Shown piece by piece: positions 36,092 to 48,592 of a stretch of DNA of 64,000 nt. The position numbers and the translations under genes were made by a program. A model generated the notes under the pieces. It was given only the letters and a program-made list of their open reading frames with translations, ran no database searches and had not been told where the DNA came from. The stretch is from Spirochaetia bacterium (GTDB taxonomy: Bacteria > Spirochaetota > Spirochaetia > DSM-2461): assembly GCA_963666985.2 (NCBI GenBank), contig CAXXIA010000002.1, forward strand, positions 256,001 through 320,000, in the 5' to 3' direction. Within the stretch, counting starts at the first letter, position 1; each line of letters starts with the position of its first letter.

Positions 36092-37818
36092 TATTTGATC
36101 CCCCACGCGATGCTCAATTTCCGCCGTTTAAGTCCTTCGGTTCCCACATCGAAGATGAACCGGGACACGAACAAGGCCGTGAACAGGGAACATCCGATAC
36201 CCCATGCCAGAGTAACGGCGAATCCTTGAACCGGCCCCTTACCCAGCTGAGAAAGGAAGAGAGCCGCGATGAGTGTTGTAATCTGGGCGTCCATGATGGT
36301 CCAGAAGGCCTTTTTGAATCCGATTTCAACCGCCGCCGCCCGGCTTTTGCCGAGACGAAGCTCTTCTTTGATACGCTCGAAAATAATAACGTTCGCGTCC
36401 ACCGACATACCGACCGTCAGGATGAGACCGGCGATACTGGTCATGGTCAGCGTGAAATTAAAACTGGAGAGCAGAGCCGTAAGCAGGAAAAGATTCATGA
36501 TCAGCGCCATATCGGCGATCAGACCGGCGCCTTTATACCAGACGGCCATAAAAATGAAAACCGCGGCGAATCCGATCAGGATGGCCTTGAGTCCCGCCTG
36601 AATGGTATCGGCCCCCAGGGAGGCGCCCACGGACTGAAGCGTTCGGATGCCGAGCCGTACCGGAAGAGAACCGGTTCGGAGAACCACGGCCAGATCGTTG
36701 GCTTCGGTATAATCGAAACCCGTTACGCGGACGCTTCCGCCGGGAATGGCCTCGGTAATAAGAGCGTAGGCCTTAACCTTGTCGTCAAGAACAACGGCCA
36801 TGTACTTATCGACGTTCTCGGAAGTGAGTCTCTGGAACACCGTCGCGCCTTCCGAATCGAGCCGGAACGTTACGATGGGCTGCAGAGTGGTCTGATCGGT
36901 CTCGGGCTTGGCCTCACGGATATGAACGCCGTCGAGACCGGGAGTGTCGCTTACGACGATCCAGCCGTTGAACTGATCGATGCCGTAGCTGTCCTTGGTG
37001 TAATAGCCGAGAGCTTTCAGTCCCTCCGCCAGAACGCCTTCGTCGGAGGGACGGCCGTCGATGATTTTACCGCCGGATTCCGTATACGTACGGATGGTCT
37101 CCGTTCCGGCGTCATCAACGATGTGGAATCCCAGAGAACCTCGTCCCATCAGGAAGGAATTGACCCTCTCGGGGTCGGCTTCGCCGGGGATGTCGATCAG
37201 AATGGAGTCGTCGAGCTGTTTGCGAATCTGCGGTTCGGTAAGGCCGAAGGTGTCGATTCTGTTGGTGATGACTTCAAGAGCCGATTCAAGGGCCGCTTCT
37301 TTATCATCGGCGGACAGAACTTCACCCTTGGCTTCTTCCAAGGAAGTAAAATCCGGTTCAAGAACCACGCTCAAACCTCCCGAGAGGTCAAGACCAAGGG
37401 CCAGAATCCGGTTCTTCATATCCTTCAGATCCAACACGTTCTGCCTGTAGGTATCTTCAAGAACGCCGCGTACATCGTCGTAATCCTTGAAACCGTTCAA
37501 AACGTCGCCGAGAGTCCATTCGCGGGGGATGTCCTTATCGATCAACTTATAGTTGTCTTTCGCAAGACTGATCAGGAAATCGTATTCTTTCGGAATCGGA
37601 GAAGAAACCGCATCGGGATCTTTGGCAAGAGCCCCGATTTCATCCAGGGCCTCGGACGCCCGGTCGACGGCCCATTCGCGAATTTCCTCACGCGTACCGT
37701 TGGCCAAGGTCTTCATTTCCCCATCCGTAAAGAAGTACCACGTTACCGTCGGGTACAGGAACACGACTCCCAACCCAATAAAGATCAGGATGAGGAGCAG
37801 TCGCATCATTTTGGTCAT
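36091..37818 (-). CDS. secD: Protein translocase subunit SecD
   Basis: LGLDLSGG, RIDTFGLTEP, GSLP, GMSVDANVIIFERIKEE. Confidence 0.96.
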   Translation of the reverse strand: MTKMMRLLLILIFIGLGVVFLYPTVTWYFFTDGEMKTLANGTREEIREWAVDRASEALDEIGALAKDPDAVSSPIPKEYDFLISLAKDNYKLIDKDIPREWTLGDVLNGFKDYDDVRGVLEDTYRQNVLDLKDMKNRILALGLDLSGGLSVVLEPDFTSLEEAKGEVLSADDKEAALESALEVITNRIDTFGLTEPQIRKQLDDSILIDIPGEADPERVNSFLMGRGSLGFHIVDDAGTETIRTYTESGGKIIDGRPSDEGVLAEGLKALGYYTKDSYGIDQFNGWIVVSDTPGLDGVHIREAKPETDQTTLQPIVTFRLDSEGATVFQRLTSENVDKYMAVVLDDKVKAYALITEAIPGGSVRVTGFDYTEANDLAVVLRTGSLPVRLGIRTLQSVGASLGADTIQAGLKAILIGFAAVFIFMAVWYKGAGLIADMALIMNLFLLTALLSSFNFTLTMTSIAGLILTVGMSVDANVIIFERIKEELRLGKSRAAAVEIGFKKAFWTIMDAQITTLIAALFLSQLGKGPVQGFAVTLAWGIGCSLFTALFVSRFIFDVGTEGLKRRKLSIAWGIK

Positions 37819-37854
37819 TCTATTTCATCTCCCAAAGGGATCATTCGGTTACCT

Positions 37855-38262
37855 TTATTCGTCGCCGGAGGCTTCGTCGGATTTTTCCTTAGCGGCTTTG
37901 CTCTTTTTAGCGGGAGCAGCTGTTTCGGCGGGAGCGACGTTGTCCACGGAAGCTATGGCCGATTTTGAAAACTCCAGCGTGGCGCCTTTATTGTCCACTT
38001 CGACAATAACGGAGTTTTCGGCAACGTTTTTCACGGTCCCTTTGATCCCGCCGATACTGGTGACCTTATCACCCTTTTTGATCGCCGAGAGCATATCCTT
38101 GGTCTCTTTCTGCTTTTTCCGCTGCGGCCTGATAATCAGGAACCAGAATACGGCGAAAACGCCGACGATCATCAAAATCTGTACATAACTGGTACCGGGA
38201 GCCGCGCCCGCTTCTCCGCCGGTGGAAGCCGGCATGCCCATGAGTAAGGGTAGGTTTGTCAT
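37855..38262 (-). CDS. yajC: Preprotein translocase subunit YajC
   Basis: FWFLIIRPQRKKQK..KGDKVTSIGGIKG; upstream of secDF. Confidence 0.93.
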   Translation of the reverse strand: MTNLPLLMGMPASTGGEAGAAPGTSYVQILMIVGVFAVFWFLIIRPQRKKQKETKDMLSAIKKGDKVTSIGGIKGTVKNVAENSVIVEVDNKGATLEFSKSAIASVDNVAPAETAAPAKKSKAAKEKSDEASGDE

Positions 38263-38392
38263 AACGAAATTGCCTGCCTTGAATTACGGATCGGGAATAC
38301 CGGAAGTCCGACCGGCCGTACCGATGCGCGATTTGTGTAAATTTGGAACCGTGACACCCTATCATGGTGTCCGAGGCTCGTCAATCAGAGCT

Positions 38393-38686
38393 TTATACGG
38401 CACGAACTCCGGTTATATCGCCGGACGGCTTCTGCACGCCGAAAACCTTCGATAAATCTTCGCTTTTTTCGTACCGAACCGGGGAAACGATATTGTACTT
38501 TTCCAAAACGTAATCGGCATCGGCCGTGTTTTCATCGAAAACGGCTCTCCGGTATGCTTCCCGAAACAAACCGTTATCGGCCAAAGCCCTGGCATCAAGT
38601 TTTCGGTATTTGGAACGCGACCGTTTATCCACGATTGCGTTATTGCCGTCGAAACCGATGGCGAAGACAAAATCTTCCCGTTTCAT
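38393..38686 (-). CDS. Hypothetical protein (~97 aa)
   Basis: GGGGG RBS-like run before ATG 38686; fills the groEL-yajC gap on the same strand. Confidence 0.6.
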   Translation of the reverse strand: MKREDFVFAIGFDGNNAIVDKRSRSKYRKLDARALADNGLFREAYRRAVFDENTADADYVLEKYNIVSPVRYEKSEDLSKVFGVQKPSGDITGVRAV

Positions 38687-38825
38687 ATCAGCCCCCCCAT
38701 GCGAACCGAAGATGTGTGCGGTTGAAAAGGCCGAATCATCGGTTCGGATTCTCCGCACGTTCCGTCCGTCCGCCGGATCTTGTTTTCCGGGAAGACTTCG
38801 ATTTCGTCTTCCCGCTACTTACGTA

Positions 38826-38853
38826 AAGGGCCGGCCGCCAAGCGACCGGCCCC
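38826..38853 (-). terminator. Hairpin after groEL
   Basis: GGGGCCGG...CCGGCCC stem followed by TTT on the minus strand. Confidence 0.55.
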
Positions 38854-38914
38854 GATTGAGCTATGTAAGCGGATGACAATCTTCCACCGAGAAACGAATC
38901 CCGGTGAACGATTA

Positions 38915-40624
<1,710 letters not shown>

Positions 40625-40702
40625 TTAGGCGTTTTCCCGGTAGAAAAAATACAAAAAACAACCGGCAGCATCAAGAATTTTCTTTCCGGGAATGAAAACA
40701 TC

Positions 40703-41464
40703 TTATCCTGATTCGATTTCACCGCTGTAAACCGAAGCAATTTCGCCGTCCTCGGATTCGATTTGAAGAGAGCCGTCGGGGGCCAATCCGAGTAAAGTCC
40801 CCTTAAGAAACTCCGACCGGGAGGGATCTCCCAAACGGACCTTCACGGGCCGCCCCAGTCCGTTCAGACGGTTCGCGATTTCGCCGATCGGGGGCGGCGT
40901 ACGGAGAACCTCTTCAATTTCCTCAAGCAGCCGGGGCAGTTCCGTTTCCGCAGAAGGCGGATGCACTCCGTAGGAATCGCTTCGGGAGATTGCGGCCGCG
41001 CCGAGATTGGCCAGCGCCCCGGCGATACTGACGGCCGGACGGCGCAGGTTCTCCGGATATTCCCGCCTGATAAGGTTTACGCCGATTCCGGCAAGAAAAA
41101 AATCACCTTGAGTTTCCACGAGGATTCCGGCGATCTTCGCGCCTGAGATAAGCACATCGTTGGGCCATTTAATCGACGGAGAGAGACCGTAGCCCTTCTC
41201 CAGGCGCCTGCAGAGAGCCAGAGCCAGAGCCTGTGTGGGCGGAAAGAGGGAGGTATAAGACGATTTATCAAGAATCAGCGTGAAAAGAAGATCGCCGGAG
41301 CCGCCGTCTTCCCACCGTCTGCCGGCGATTCTTCCGCGTCCCGCCGATTGGGTGCGGGCCGTGCAGACCGTTCCATGACCGTATCCCGCGGCCAGAGCCG
41401 AACGGGCGTCTTCCATGGTGGATGAGGTAATATCTTCGGCTAAGATAACGGAGGGAAAAGTCAT
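40703..41464 (-). CDS. birA: Biotin--protein ligase (class I, no HTH)
   Basis: SST, QSAGRGR, IKWPNDV, KIAGILVE, GIGVN. Confidence 0.92.
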   Translation of the reverse strand: MTFPSVILAEDITSSTMEDARSALAAGYGHGTVCTARTQSAGRGRIAGRRWEDGGSGDLLFTLILDKSSYTSLFPPTQALALALCRRLEKGYGLSPSIKWPNDVLISGAKIAGILVETQGDFFLAGIGVNLIRREYPENLRRPAVSIAGALANLGAAAISRSDSYGVHPPSAETELPRLLEEIEEVLRTPPPIGEIANRLNGLGRPVKVRLGDPSRSEFLKGTLLGLAPDGSLQIESEDGEIASVYSGEIESG

Positions 41465-41599
41465 TTCCGGGAATTATACAGTAAGGGCTCGGTCCGCCGC
41501 GAGAGAAGGCGGCAAGTAAAGACGCCGCCTTTATTCAAAGGATAAAGCCCGACTCGGCGAATAAAACTTCGGACCGATTCGGAATTCTCCGGCGGAGTT

Positions 41600-43216
41600 T
41601 TATTCGGCGGAAGGATCGGCGGCATCATCGGCGGGATTTCCATCCGCACCGTCCGTTTCACTTCCGCCGGCATGGCCGCCGCCTTCGCCCGCCCCGCTGT
41701 CGGCGGCCGCTTCTTTGGAAACCGCTTCTTTAGGGGCCGCGTTCTCATCGCCCGAATCCTCGGAAGCCGTATCGGCCGCCGCCGATTCTCCGGAAGCGCC
41801 AACGGCGCTCTCCGCCGATTCATCGTCTTCGCAGAGGTCCTTCAATTCCGCCTTATCGGCTTCGGTAAGAGCCCTGACGGCAATCCGCGGCCCATCGGGG
41901 TCATAATAAAAAACCGTCTTTTCCGCCGCTTTACTCAGTCTGAGCGACAGCCCTCCGATGATGATTTCGGTTCCGACGTCCGCCTGCCCGAAAACAATAA
42001 GCCGGGCTTTCCGGCAGGGATGGCGCTGGTCGGCAAGTTCCTTTTCGGACTTCTTCATTTTTTCCAGAACGTCCTCGACCTGCCGAATCAGGGTTTCCCT
42101 TTCGGCATTCACCGTCGTCTTCGCCTTCAGTTTATCCAGCTTCGCTTCAAGACGGTCTATATGCTCATGCGTGTGATGCAGCTTTCTATCCACAAGGTAA
42201 TCGGATCCGATGAAAATACGCGCCGAAGGGCTCTCGGGCCGCCCGATGCTTCCAACCCGCATGCCTTTTTTCGCCCAGATTTCTCCGCCGACCAGAACAC
42301 CGGCCTCACCGAGATCGACATGGCTGAGGGTGTGAACCTCCGAATGCATGATCGACTTTGCGACGACGATGTCGCCGTGAACCTCGATGGTCGCATTCTC
42401 GATAAATTTTGCGGAGACCGAACCGTCGATGCGGATTTGAGCCTCGCCTCTGCCCTTGATGCCGCCCTCAACCACCAAGTTTCCTTTGGCGAGGACTTGA
42501 GAAGCGTCCATCGTCTGTTTAACGAAAATCGACTTGCCCGCGGCGACGCGAAATCCGTCGCAGACGGCGCCGTGAATAATCACGTCGCCCGGAAAGGCGA
42601 TGTGCCCCGTGGAATAATCGACATTACCGCCGATATCCAGGGTTTCATTAACGGAGATTTCCCGTTCTTTGATTTCAAATCGGCCGTGACAGGCCGCATA
42701 GAGGACATTTTCTTTTTCAATAATATTCTGGGCGGGTCTATAAGAGACAATATCCTTTTCGGTAATGGGAAGAATGTCGCCGGCCAAATTTTTGCCCGTT
42801 TTGCCGGGAGACTCGGGAACTTTCTTGGCGAGAGGTTCCCCCCGCTTCACGAGGACATATGGAGTTTTTTCCCTGTAATCGACATTCGGCGCATTTTCAT
42901 CGTCATCGGGAAGGCCCAAAAGCCGCTTTTTCAGATGCCAATAAGACGGGACGGTCTTCTCCGCCTTTTTTCCCCTGGCGACGATAGCACCTTTCACAAC
43001 CTGTTCTTCACGGAGGCATTTGAGGATAACCTGTTCAAGAACCTTTTCATCAATACCGAAAGTCACCCCCGCGGTTCCCAATTCCGAAATAACGCTGGAG
43101 GTGGTAAAAGCTTCACCGCCGGAGGCCGGCGGATAGAAGTCCGCCGTCGCCGTCATCATATCGTCTGAGAGATGAATTTCGACATGTCCCGGTCGTGCAT
43201 TCGAATTTTCATTCAT
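41600..43216 (-). CDS. FapA/DUF342 family protein with acidic low-complexity tail
   Basis: SDDMMTA, GNVDYSTGHIAFPGDVII, GGIKG, AKFIENA motifs and coiled coil. Confidence 0.85.
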   Translation of the reverse strand: MNENSNARPGHVEIHLSDDMMTATADFYPPASGGEAFTTSSVISELGTAGVTFGIDEKVLEQVILKCLREEQVVKGAIVARGKKAEKTVPSYWHLKKRLLGLPDDDENAPNVDYREKTPYVLVKRGEPLAKKVPESPGKTGKNLAGDILPITEKDIVSYRPAQNIIEKENVLYAACHGRFEIKEREISVNETLDIGGNVDYSTGHIAFPGDVIIHGAVCDGFRVAAGKSIFVKQTMDASQVLAKGNLVVEGGIKGRGEAQIRIDGSVSAKFIENATIEVHGDIVVAKSIMHSEVHTLSHVDLGEAGVLVGGEIWAKKGMRVGSIGRPESPSARIFIGSDYLVDRKLHHTHEHIDRLEAKLDKLKAKTTVNAERETLIRQVEDVLEKMKKSEKELADQRHPCRKARLIVFGQADVGTEIIIGGLSLRLSKAAEKTVFYYDPDGPRIAVRALTEADKAELKDLCEDDESAESAVGASGESAAADTASEDSGDENAAPKEAVSKEAAADSGAGEGGGHAGGSETDGADGNPADDAADPSAE

Positions 43217-43317
43217 TACGGATATCCAACTATAACTTTATCATCGGTCCCAAAACCTTATTCCTATACGCCGGCTTGCGGGAGATATCAAGATTTTTTT
43301 TTTAGTTTTTTAAAGGT

Positions 43318-43356
43318 ATTGTATTTTTATACCTTTTTATTGCATATTTATTCACT
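43318..43356 (+). promoter_or_regulatory. Tandem ARG boxes overlapping the argR promoter
   Basis: ATTGTATTTTTATACCTT (43318-43335), 3 nt, ATTGCATATTTATTCACT (43339-43356), directly before the argR ATG. Confidence 0.8.
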
Positions 43357-43824
43357 ATGAACGGACGAGAAACTCGCCTGAAGGCCATCAGAACCATCAT
43401 CGCCGAGCGAAAAATCACGTCACAGGACCATCTTCTGCAGGAATTGGAGTCCGAAGGAGTCATTGTGACTCAAGCCACTCTGTCCCGGGATTTGAAGGTT
43501 CTCAAGGTGGGGAAAGTGCCCGATGACGCCGGCGGTTATTATTATGCTCTCTCGGAAGCCGAGGGAGAGTCCATAGCCGGTTTCGTGGAAGACTTCAAAA
43601 GGGGATATCTGTCTTTAGCGTTCAGCGGAAATTTGGGTGTTATTAAAACGCTGGTGGGACACGCGGATACCGTGGCCATCGCCCTCGACAGGCTTGAATT
43701 TCCGGAAATTCTGGGAACGATTGCCGGCGACGATACCATCCTGGTCATCCTCAAGGAAGGTGAAGACGAAAAATCCCTTATGAGCCGGCTGACACAAACG
43801 ATGGGCGATTTGGAGGTACTCTGA
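43357..43824 (+). CDS. argR: Arginine repressor
   Basis: TQATLSRDL and GTIAGDDT motifs. Confidence 0.96.
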   Translation: MNGRETRLKAIRTIIAERKITSQDHLLQELESEGVIVTQATLSRDLKVLKVGKVPDDAGGYYYALSEAEGESIAGFVEDFKRGYLSLAFSGNLGVIKTLVGHADTVAIALDRLEFPEILGTIAGDDTILVILKEGEDEKSLMSRLTQTMGDLEVL

Positions 43825-44879
43825 TGAAAGCGGCGGTTTTTGGAGCTTCGGGATACGGCGGACAGGCGGCCATGAGGCTCCTTCTTGATCATCCGGAGGT
43901 AAGCCGGGTTCTTCCGGTTTCCTCATCGGCGGCGGGTTCTTCCGTCGATGAGAGAGACGGCGGACTCGGACCGGATCCGGAAGGCAAGCTCCCCGAGGGT
44001 CGGCGGCTCTTAACCAGGGAAGAGGCTTTGTCAGAGGCGCCCGACGCGGTGTTCGCCGCCCTGCCCCACGGCGCCTCGGCCGAATTCTGCGAGCCGTTCT
44101 TCGGGAAATCCGTCGTTTTCGACCTTTCCGCCGATTTTCGGCTCTATGATGCGGCGGTTCACGAACGGGCCTACGGCGCCAAAGCGCCCTATCCCGCCTT
44201 GAGGGATTCCACCGTCTACGGACTGGCCGAAATTTATGAAGATCGGATTAAGAAAGCCGATATCATAGCCGTTCCCGGCTGTTTTCCCACGGGAGCTCTT
44301 CTTCCCCTCATTCCCGCGGCGCGGGAAGGAATCGCGAATACGGCGATTACCGTCAATTCCATTACGGGACTCTCCGGCGCGGGCCGATCGGCAAAAGAAA
44401 CGATGCTCTTCGTCGAGCGTTCGGAAAACGCCGTCGCCTACAATCCGGGCCTCCGGCACCGGCATCAGCCGGAAATGCTTCAGGAAGTCCGGGCCGCGGG
44501 CGGAAAGGGCGCGCTGTTCTTTACGCCCCACATGGTTCCCATGCGCCGAGGCATCGCCACGACCACAACGATTGCCGTCGAAGGCGATCCGGAGGCCGTT
44601 GCCGAAAGAGTTGAATCCGCGCTGAAAAAGGCCTACGAAGGCAAACCCTTCGTAGGCCTGCGGGGAAACGCGATTCCCGCCACCCGCGATGTCGTCGGAT
44701 CGAACCGATGCGACATCGGCTGGGCCGTGGAGTCCGACGGTGAAGGGAACACTCTGCTCTACCTTTTCAGTGCCCTCGACAATCTGCTGAAAGGGGCCTC
44801 CGGACAGGCGGTTCAGGATTTCAACATTCGCTTCGGATTCAATCCCGTGTCGGGTCTGCCTCTTCGGGGAGAAGTCTGA
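43824..44879 (+). CDS. argC: N-acetyl-gamma-glutamyl-phosphate reductase
   Basis: GASGYGG, ALPHG, DLSADFR, PGCFPT, DNLLKGASGQAVQ. Confidence 0.96.
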   Translation: MKAAVFGASGYGGQAAMRLLLDHPEVSRVLPVSSSAAGSSVDERDGGLGPDPEGKLPEGRRLLTREEALSEAPDAVFAALPHGASAEFCEPFFGKSVVFDLSADFRLYDAAVHERAYGAKAPYPALRDSTVYGLAEIYEDRIKKADIIAVPGCFPTGALLPLIPAAREGIANTAITVNSITGLSGAGRSAKETMLFVERSENAVAYNPGLRHRHQPEMLQEVRAAGGKGALFFTPHMVPMRRGIATTTTIAVEGDPEAVAERVESALKKAYEGKPFVGLRGNAIPATRDVVGSNRCDIGWAVESDGEGNTLLYLFSALDNLLKGASGQAVQDFNIRFGFNPVSGLPLRGEV

Positions 44880-45724
44880 TGGCCGGCATTCTCGTGGTGA
44901 AAATCGGCGGCCGGGCCGCCGAAGACGACGCGATCGTCTCTTCTCTGGCTCAAGAACTGGCGCTCAGGGAAAAAGCCGGCGACAAGGTTGTTCTGGTTCA
45001 CGGCGGCGGCGCGGTTATCAGCGATCTCCAGGCGCACTACGGAGTTAAGCCTCTCTTCATCGACGGGCTCCGGCAGACGGCTCCGGAGGAAATGCCGCTG
45101 GTGGACATGGCTCTGGCCGGATCCGTGAACAAACGCCTGGTCAGGCTCTTTAGGAAAAGCGGTCTGAACGCCTGGGGACTCAGCGGCGCCGACGCGGGGA
45201 TTTTCACCGCCGTTTCCATCGGAGGAAAAAACACCGGTGCTCCGGACGCGGCAAACGGCGGCCGCGACGCCGGGACAGCCGCCGAAAAGAACAGAACCGG
45301 AGAGGTAAGCGCCGTTAATCCGCGGCCTATTGAGCTGCTCTGGAAAGGCGGCTGGTTCCCCATTTTCGCGCCGCCCGCTTCGGATAAAGATGAAAACGGC
45401 ATGAACATCAACGCCGATGAAGCCGCCCTGGCCATGGCGGCGGCTTTGAAAGCCGATTCCCTCATCTTCCTTTCCGACGTGCCGGGCGTTCTTGAGAAGG
45501 AACAGACTATTCCGCATCTCACACCGTCGTCCATTGAGAAAAAAATCACCGACGGCGTGATTGCCGGAGGGATGATTCCGAAAACACGTTCCGCCACGGG
45601 AGCGCTGGCGCAAGGCGTAGGGGCCGTCATTATCGGGGAATATTCGAAGTCCGGAGATCTGAAGGAATTACTCTCAGGCGGCCGGGGAACACGCATAGAT
45701 AAAATCGCCAATCGAGGAGAATAA
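44879..45724 (+). CDS. argB: Acetylglutamate kinase
   Basis: VVKIGG, VHGGG, NINAD, GGMIPK. Confidence 0.95.
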   Translation: MAGILVVKIGGRAAEDDAIVSSLAQELALREKAGDKVVLVHGGGAVISDLQAHYGVKPLFIDGLRQTAPEEMPLVDMALAGSVNKRLVRLFRKSGLNAWGLSGADAGIFTAVSIGGKNTGAPDAANGGRDAGTAAEKNRTGEVSAVNPRPIELLWKGGWFPIFAPPASDKDENGMNINADEAALAMAAALKADSLIFLSDVPGVLEKEQTIPHLTPSSIEKKITDGVIAGGMIPKTRSATGALAQGVGAVIIGEYSKSGDLKELLSGGRGTRIDKIANRGE

Positions 45725-46951
45725 ATGAGCACTGATGCAATCGCAAGACAGCTTCCGCTGCCGAAACAGTACGGCGAAGAACTTTTGGTTATAGAACGCG
45801 GAGAAGGATGCCGCCTGATCGATAGGAGCGGCGCATCGTATTTGGACATGGGTTCCGGGATTTCGGTGAACGCCTTGGGCTACGGCCGAAAAGACCTGGC
45901 GGATATCGCCGCCGAACAGATGAAGAAACTCATTCACGCCTCCAATCTGTTCGCCACGGAACCCGAACTGGAACTTGCCTCAAAAATGGTGGCCGCACCC
46001 GTACCCGGATTCGCGCATGCTCAATTCGAAGCGGTGCATTTCGGGAACTCCGGTACGGAAGCCAACGAAACGGCGCTCAAATACGCCCGGCTGTATTCCT
46101 ACTCCCGCAAAGGGAAAAATCACCACCGGATGATTGCTTTTTCCAACAGCTTTCACGGAAGAACCATGGGCGCCTTAAGCGTTACGGCGAATCCCGCCTA
46201 CCGTGAACCGTTCGCCCCCCTGGTGCCGGGCGCGGAAATCCTGCCGCTGAACGATTGTGAAGCGCTCATCGCCGCCATGGATTCAACCGTTTGCGCGGTT
46301 ATCGTGGAACCCGTTCAGGGAGAAGGCGGTCTGAATCTGGTCAGCCGGGACTTCGCCAGAAACCTCAACTCTCTGTGCCGTGAGCATGATGTCCTGCTCA
46401 TAGCCGATGAGGTGCAGAGCGGACTCGGAAGATGCGGCGCGCTTTTCGCCTCGGGGATTGTCGGCCTTGAGCCGGACATCATTTGTTTGGCCAAGCCCCT
46501 CGCGGGAGGGCTCCCCTTATCCGCCGTGTATGTTCCGGCGGCGGTGAACGCGCTCCTGAAACCCGGCCACCATGCCACCACCTTCGGCGGCGGACCGGTT
46601 ACGACGGCCGTGGCCTCCGCGGTTTGGGACATTCTTTCATCTCCGGAATTTCTGGCGGAAGTCCGCCGAAAAGGCGAACTCATTGAATCGCTGATCGCGG
46701 CCGGACTGGCCGATCTCGGCGTCAAGGGAGAAGTCCGCGGCGCGGGGATGCTCAGAGGCGTCCGCTTAAAAGAAGACGCCTACGACGGAGCCTGGTGCGG
46801 CAAGGTTATCAAAGAAGCTCAGAAAGCCGGATTGATCATCCTGAAAACAGGCGCGGACGTGCTGCGTCTGGCCCCGCCGCTGGTTATGAGCGACGAAGAA
46901 ATCAGAGAGGGAATCGCCCTTCTGATCGGGGTTATCAAAAACAACCTGTAA
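45725..46951 (+). CDS. argD: Acetylornithine aminotransferase
   Basis: NSGTEANE, SFHGRT, EPVQGEGG, DEVQSG, AKPLAGG; arg operon context. Confidence 0.93.
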   Translation: MSTDAIARQLPLPKQYGEELLVIERGEGCRLIDRSGASYLDMGSGISVNALGYGRKDLADIAAEQMKKLIHASNLFATEPELELASKMVAAPVPGFAHAQFEAVHFGNSGTEANETALKYARLYSYSRKGKNHHRMIAFSNSFHGRTMGALSVTANPAYREPFAPLVPGAEILPLNDCEALIAAMDSTVCAVIVEPVQGEGGLNLVSRDFARNLNSLCREHDVLLIADEVQSGLGRCGALFASGIVGLEPDIICLAKPLAGGLPLSAVYVPAAVNALLKPGHHATTFGGGPVTTAVASAVWDILSSPEFLAEVRRKGELIESLIAAGLADLGVKGEVRGAGMLRGVRLKEDAYDGAWCGKVIKEAQKAGLIILKTGADVLRLAPPLVMSDEEIREGIALLIGVIKNNL

Positions 46952-47094
46952 CAAATACCTCCCCGGAGGGAAAAAGGATTCCTCAGGGGAATGCGGTCTG
47001 ATTTCCGCCGAAACGCATGCGATGCCGGCTTCACCGCCGGCGATGCCTGTTCCGGACGGAAATTACACCTGCCTCAATTAAGGAGAAGGCACAT

Positions 47095-48372
47095 ATGAAA
47101 AACGACGGTAAAGCGAAAAAAATCTGCCTGGCGTATTCGGGAGGCCTGGACACCTCCATCATCATGCCGTGGCTCAAAGAAAATTTCGATAATCCGGAAA
47201 TCATCGCGGTCTGCACCAACGTGGGTCAGAAGGAAGACTGGGCGGCCGTGGAACGGAAGGCCTATGCCTCGGGAGCGTCGAAATACTACCTGGTGGACTG
47301 CCGGGAAGAATTCGTTTCCGATTTTCTTTATCCCATGGTCCGGGCGGGCGCCATTTACGAAGGCAAGTACCTTTTGGGAACTTCCATCGCCCGGCCGCTG
47401 CAGGCCCGCAAGCAGGTGGAAATCGCCCTGGCCGAAGGCTGCGACGCCCTGGCCCACGGCTGTACGGGAAAAGGCAACGACCAGGTGCGTTTCGAGCTCA
47501 CCTACAAGGCCCTGGCTCCGCACCTGAAAGTCATCGCGCCCTGGCGGGTTTGGAACATTCACAGCCGGGAACAGGCCATCGCCTATGCCGAGGAACATAA
47601 ACTCGATTTGGGTGAAATCTCCCGGCAGAACATCTACAGCCGGGACTGGAACGTCTGGCACATGAGCCATGAAGGCGGCCGCCTGGAAGATCCCTGGAAC
47701 GCTCCGGAAGAATCCATGTTCCGGCTCACCAAAAGCCCCAAGGACGCCCCCGACGAAGCCACGGAAATCACCATCGATTTTAAAAAGGGCATCCCCGTCG
47801 GCATAAACGGCGAAACGATGAACGCTCTGGCCCTTCTGGAGAAACTCAACAAACTGGCCGCGGAGAACGGCATCGGCCGCATCGACATCGTTGAAACCCG
47901 GATGGTGGGCATGAAAAGCCGGGGCGTGTATGAAACTCCGGGAGGAACCCTGCTCCACATCGCCCTTCGGGATTTGGAAATGTTTACCACCAACTTCGAC
48001 GCCCTGAGCCTCAAACACAGGCTTTCAAGGGAGTATTCGGATCTGGTTTATGCCGGCAAGTGGTTCACCACCGCCCGCAAGGCGCTTGAGAAGTTCATGG
48101 AGGAAACCACCGCGTACTGCACAGGTTCGGTCCGGCTTTCGCTTTATAAGGGAAACGCCACCGTGGTGGGCCGCAAGTCTCCTTACGCCCTGTATTTGGA
48201 AGAACTCGCGAGCTTCGGTGAAACCAGCTACGATCATGCCGATGCCGAGGGATTCATCAATCTCTACGGATTGTCCACCGGAGTAACGGCCATGGTGCAG
48301 AACAAGCTGGAGGACGGATCGGGACAGGCCGTCGACATGAAACAGATCGCATCGCAGTCCCACGAAAAATAA
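47095..48372 (+). CDS. argG: Argininosuccinate synthase
   Basis: AYSGGLDTS, GCTGKGNDQVRFE, KSRGVYETPG; AGGAG RBS before ATG 47095. Confidence 0.97.
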   Translation: MKNDGKAKKICLAYSGGLDTSIIMPWLKENFDNPEIIAVCTNVGQKEDWAAVERKAYASGASKYYLVDCREEFVSDFLYPMVRAGAIYEGKYLLGTSIARPLQARKQVEIALAEGCDALAHGCTGKGNDQVRFELTYKALAPHLKVIAPWRVWNIHSREQAIAYAEEHKLDLGEISRQNIYSRDWNVWHMSHEGGRLEDPWNAPEESMFRLTKSPKDAPDEATEITIDFKKGIPVGINGETMNALALLEKLNKLAAENGIGRIDIVETRMVGMKSRGVYETPGGTLLHIALRDLEMFTTNFDALSLKHRLSREYSDLVYAGKWFTTARKALEKFMEETTAYCTGSVRLSLYKGNATVVGRKSPYALYLEELASFGETSYDHADAEGFINLYGLSTGVTAMVQNKLEDGSGQAVDMKQIASQSHEK

Positions 48373-48592
48373 TTTTACCGGTGAGGCGATTTCAAAAATC
48401 AGCGATTTTTGAATTAAACCTTATAGAACTGATTTGAAAGGGGTTTCATCCGTCGGTTTCAGGTAATCCCCGGGGGGCCCCGCCCCCCGGACCCCCGGCC
48501 GACCGTGCGGCATTCGCGAATTCACAAGGTTCGCGGCACGGCCGCCTGCGAAAACAGGAGAGAAAAGCCGCGTACGACGGCTCCATTCACCA

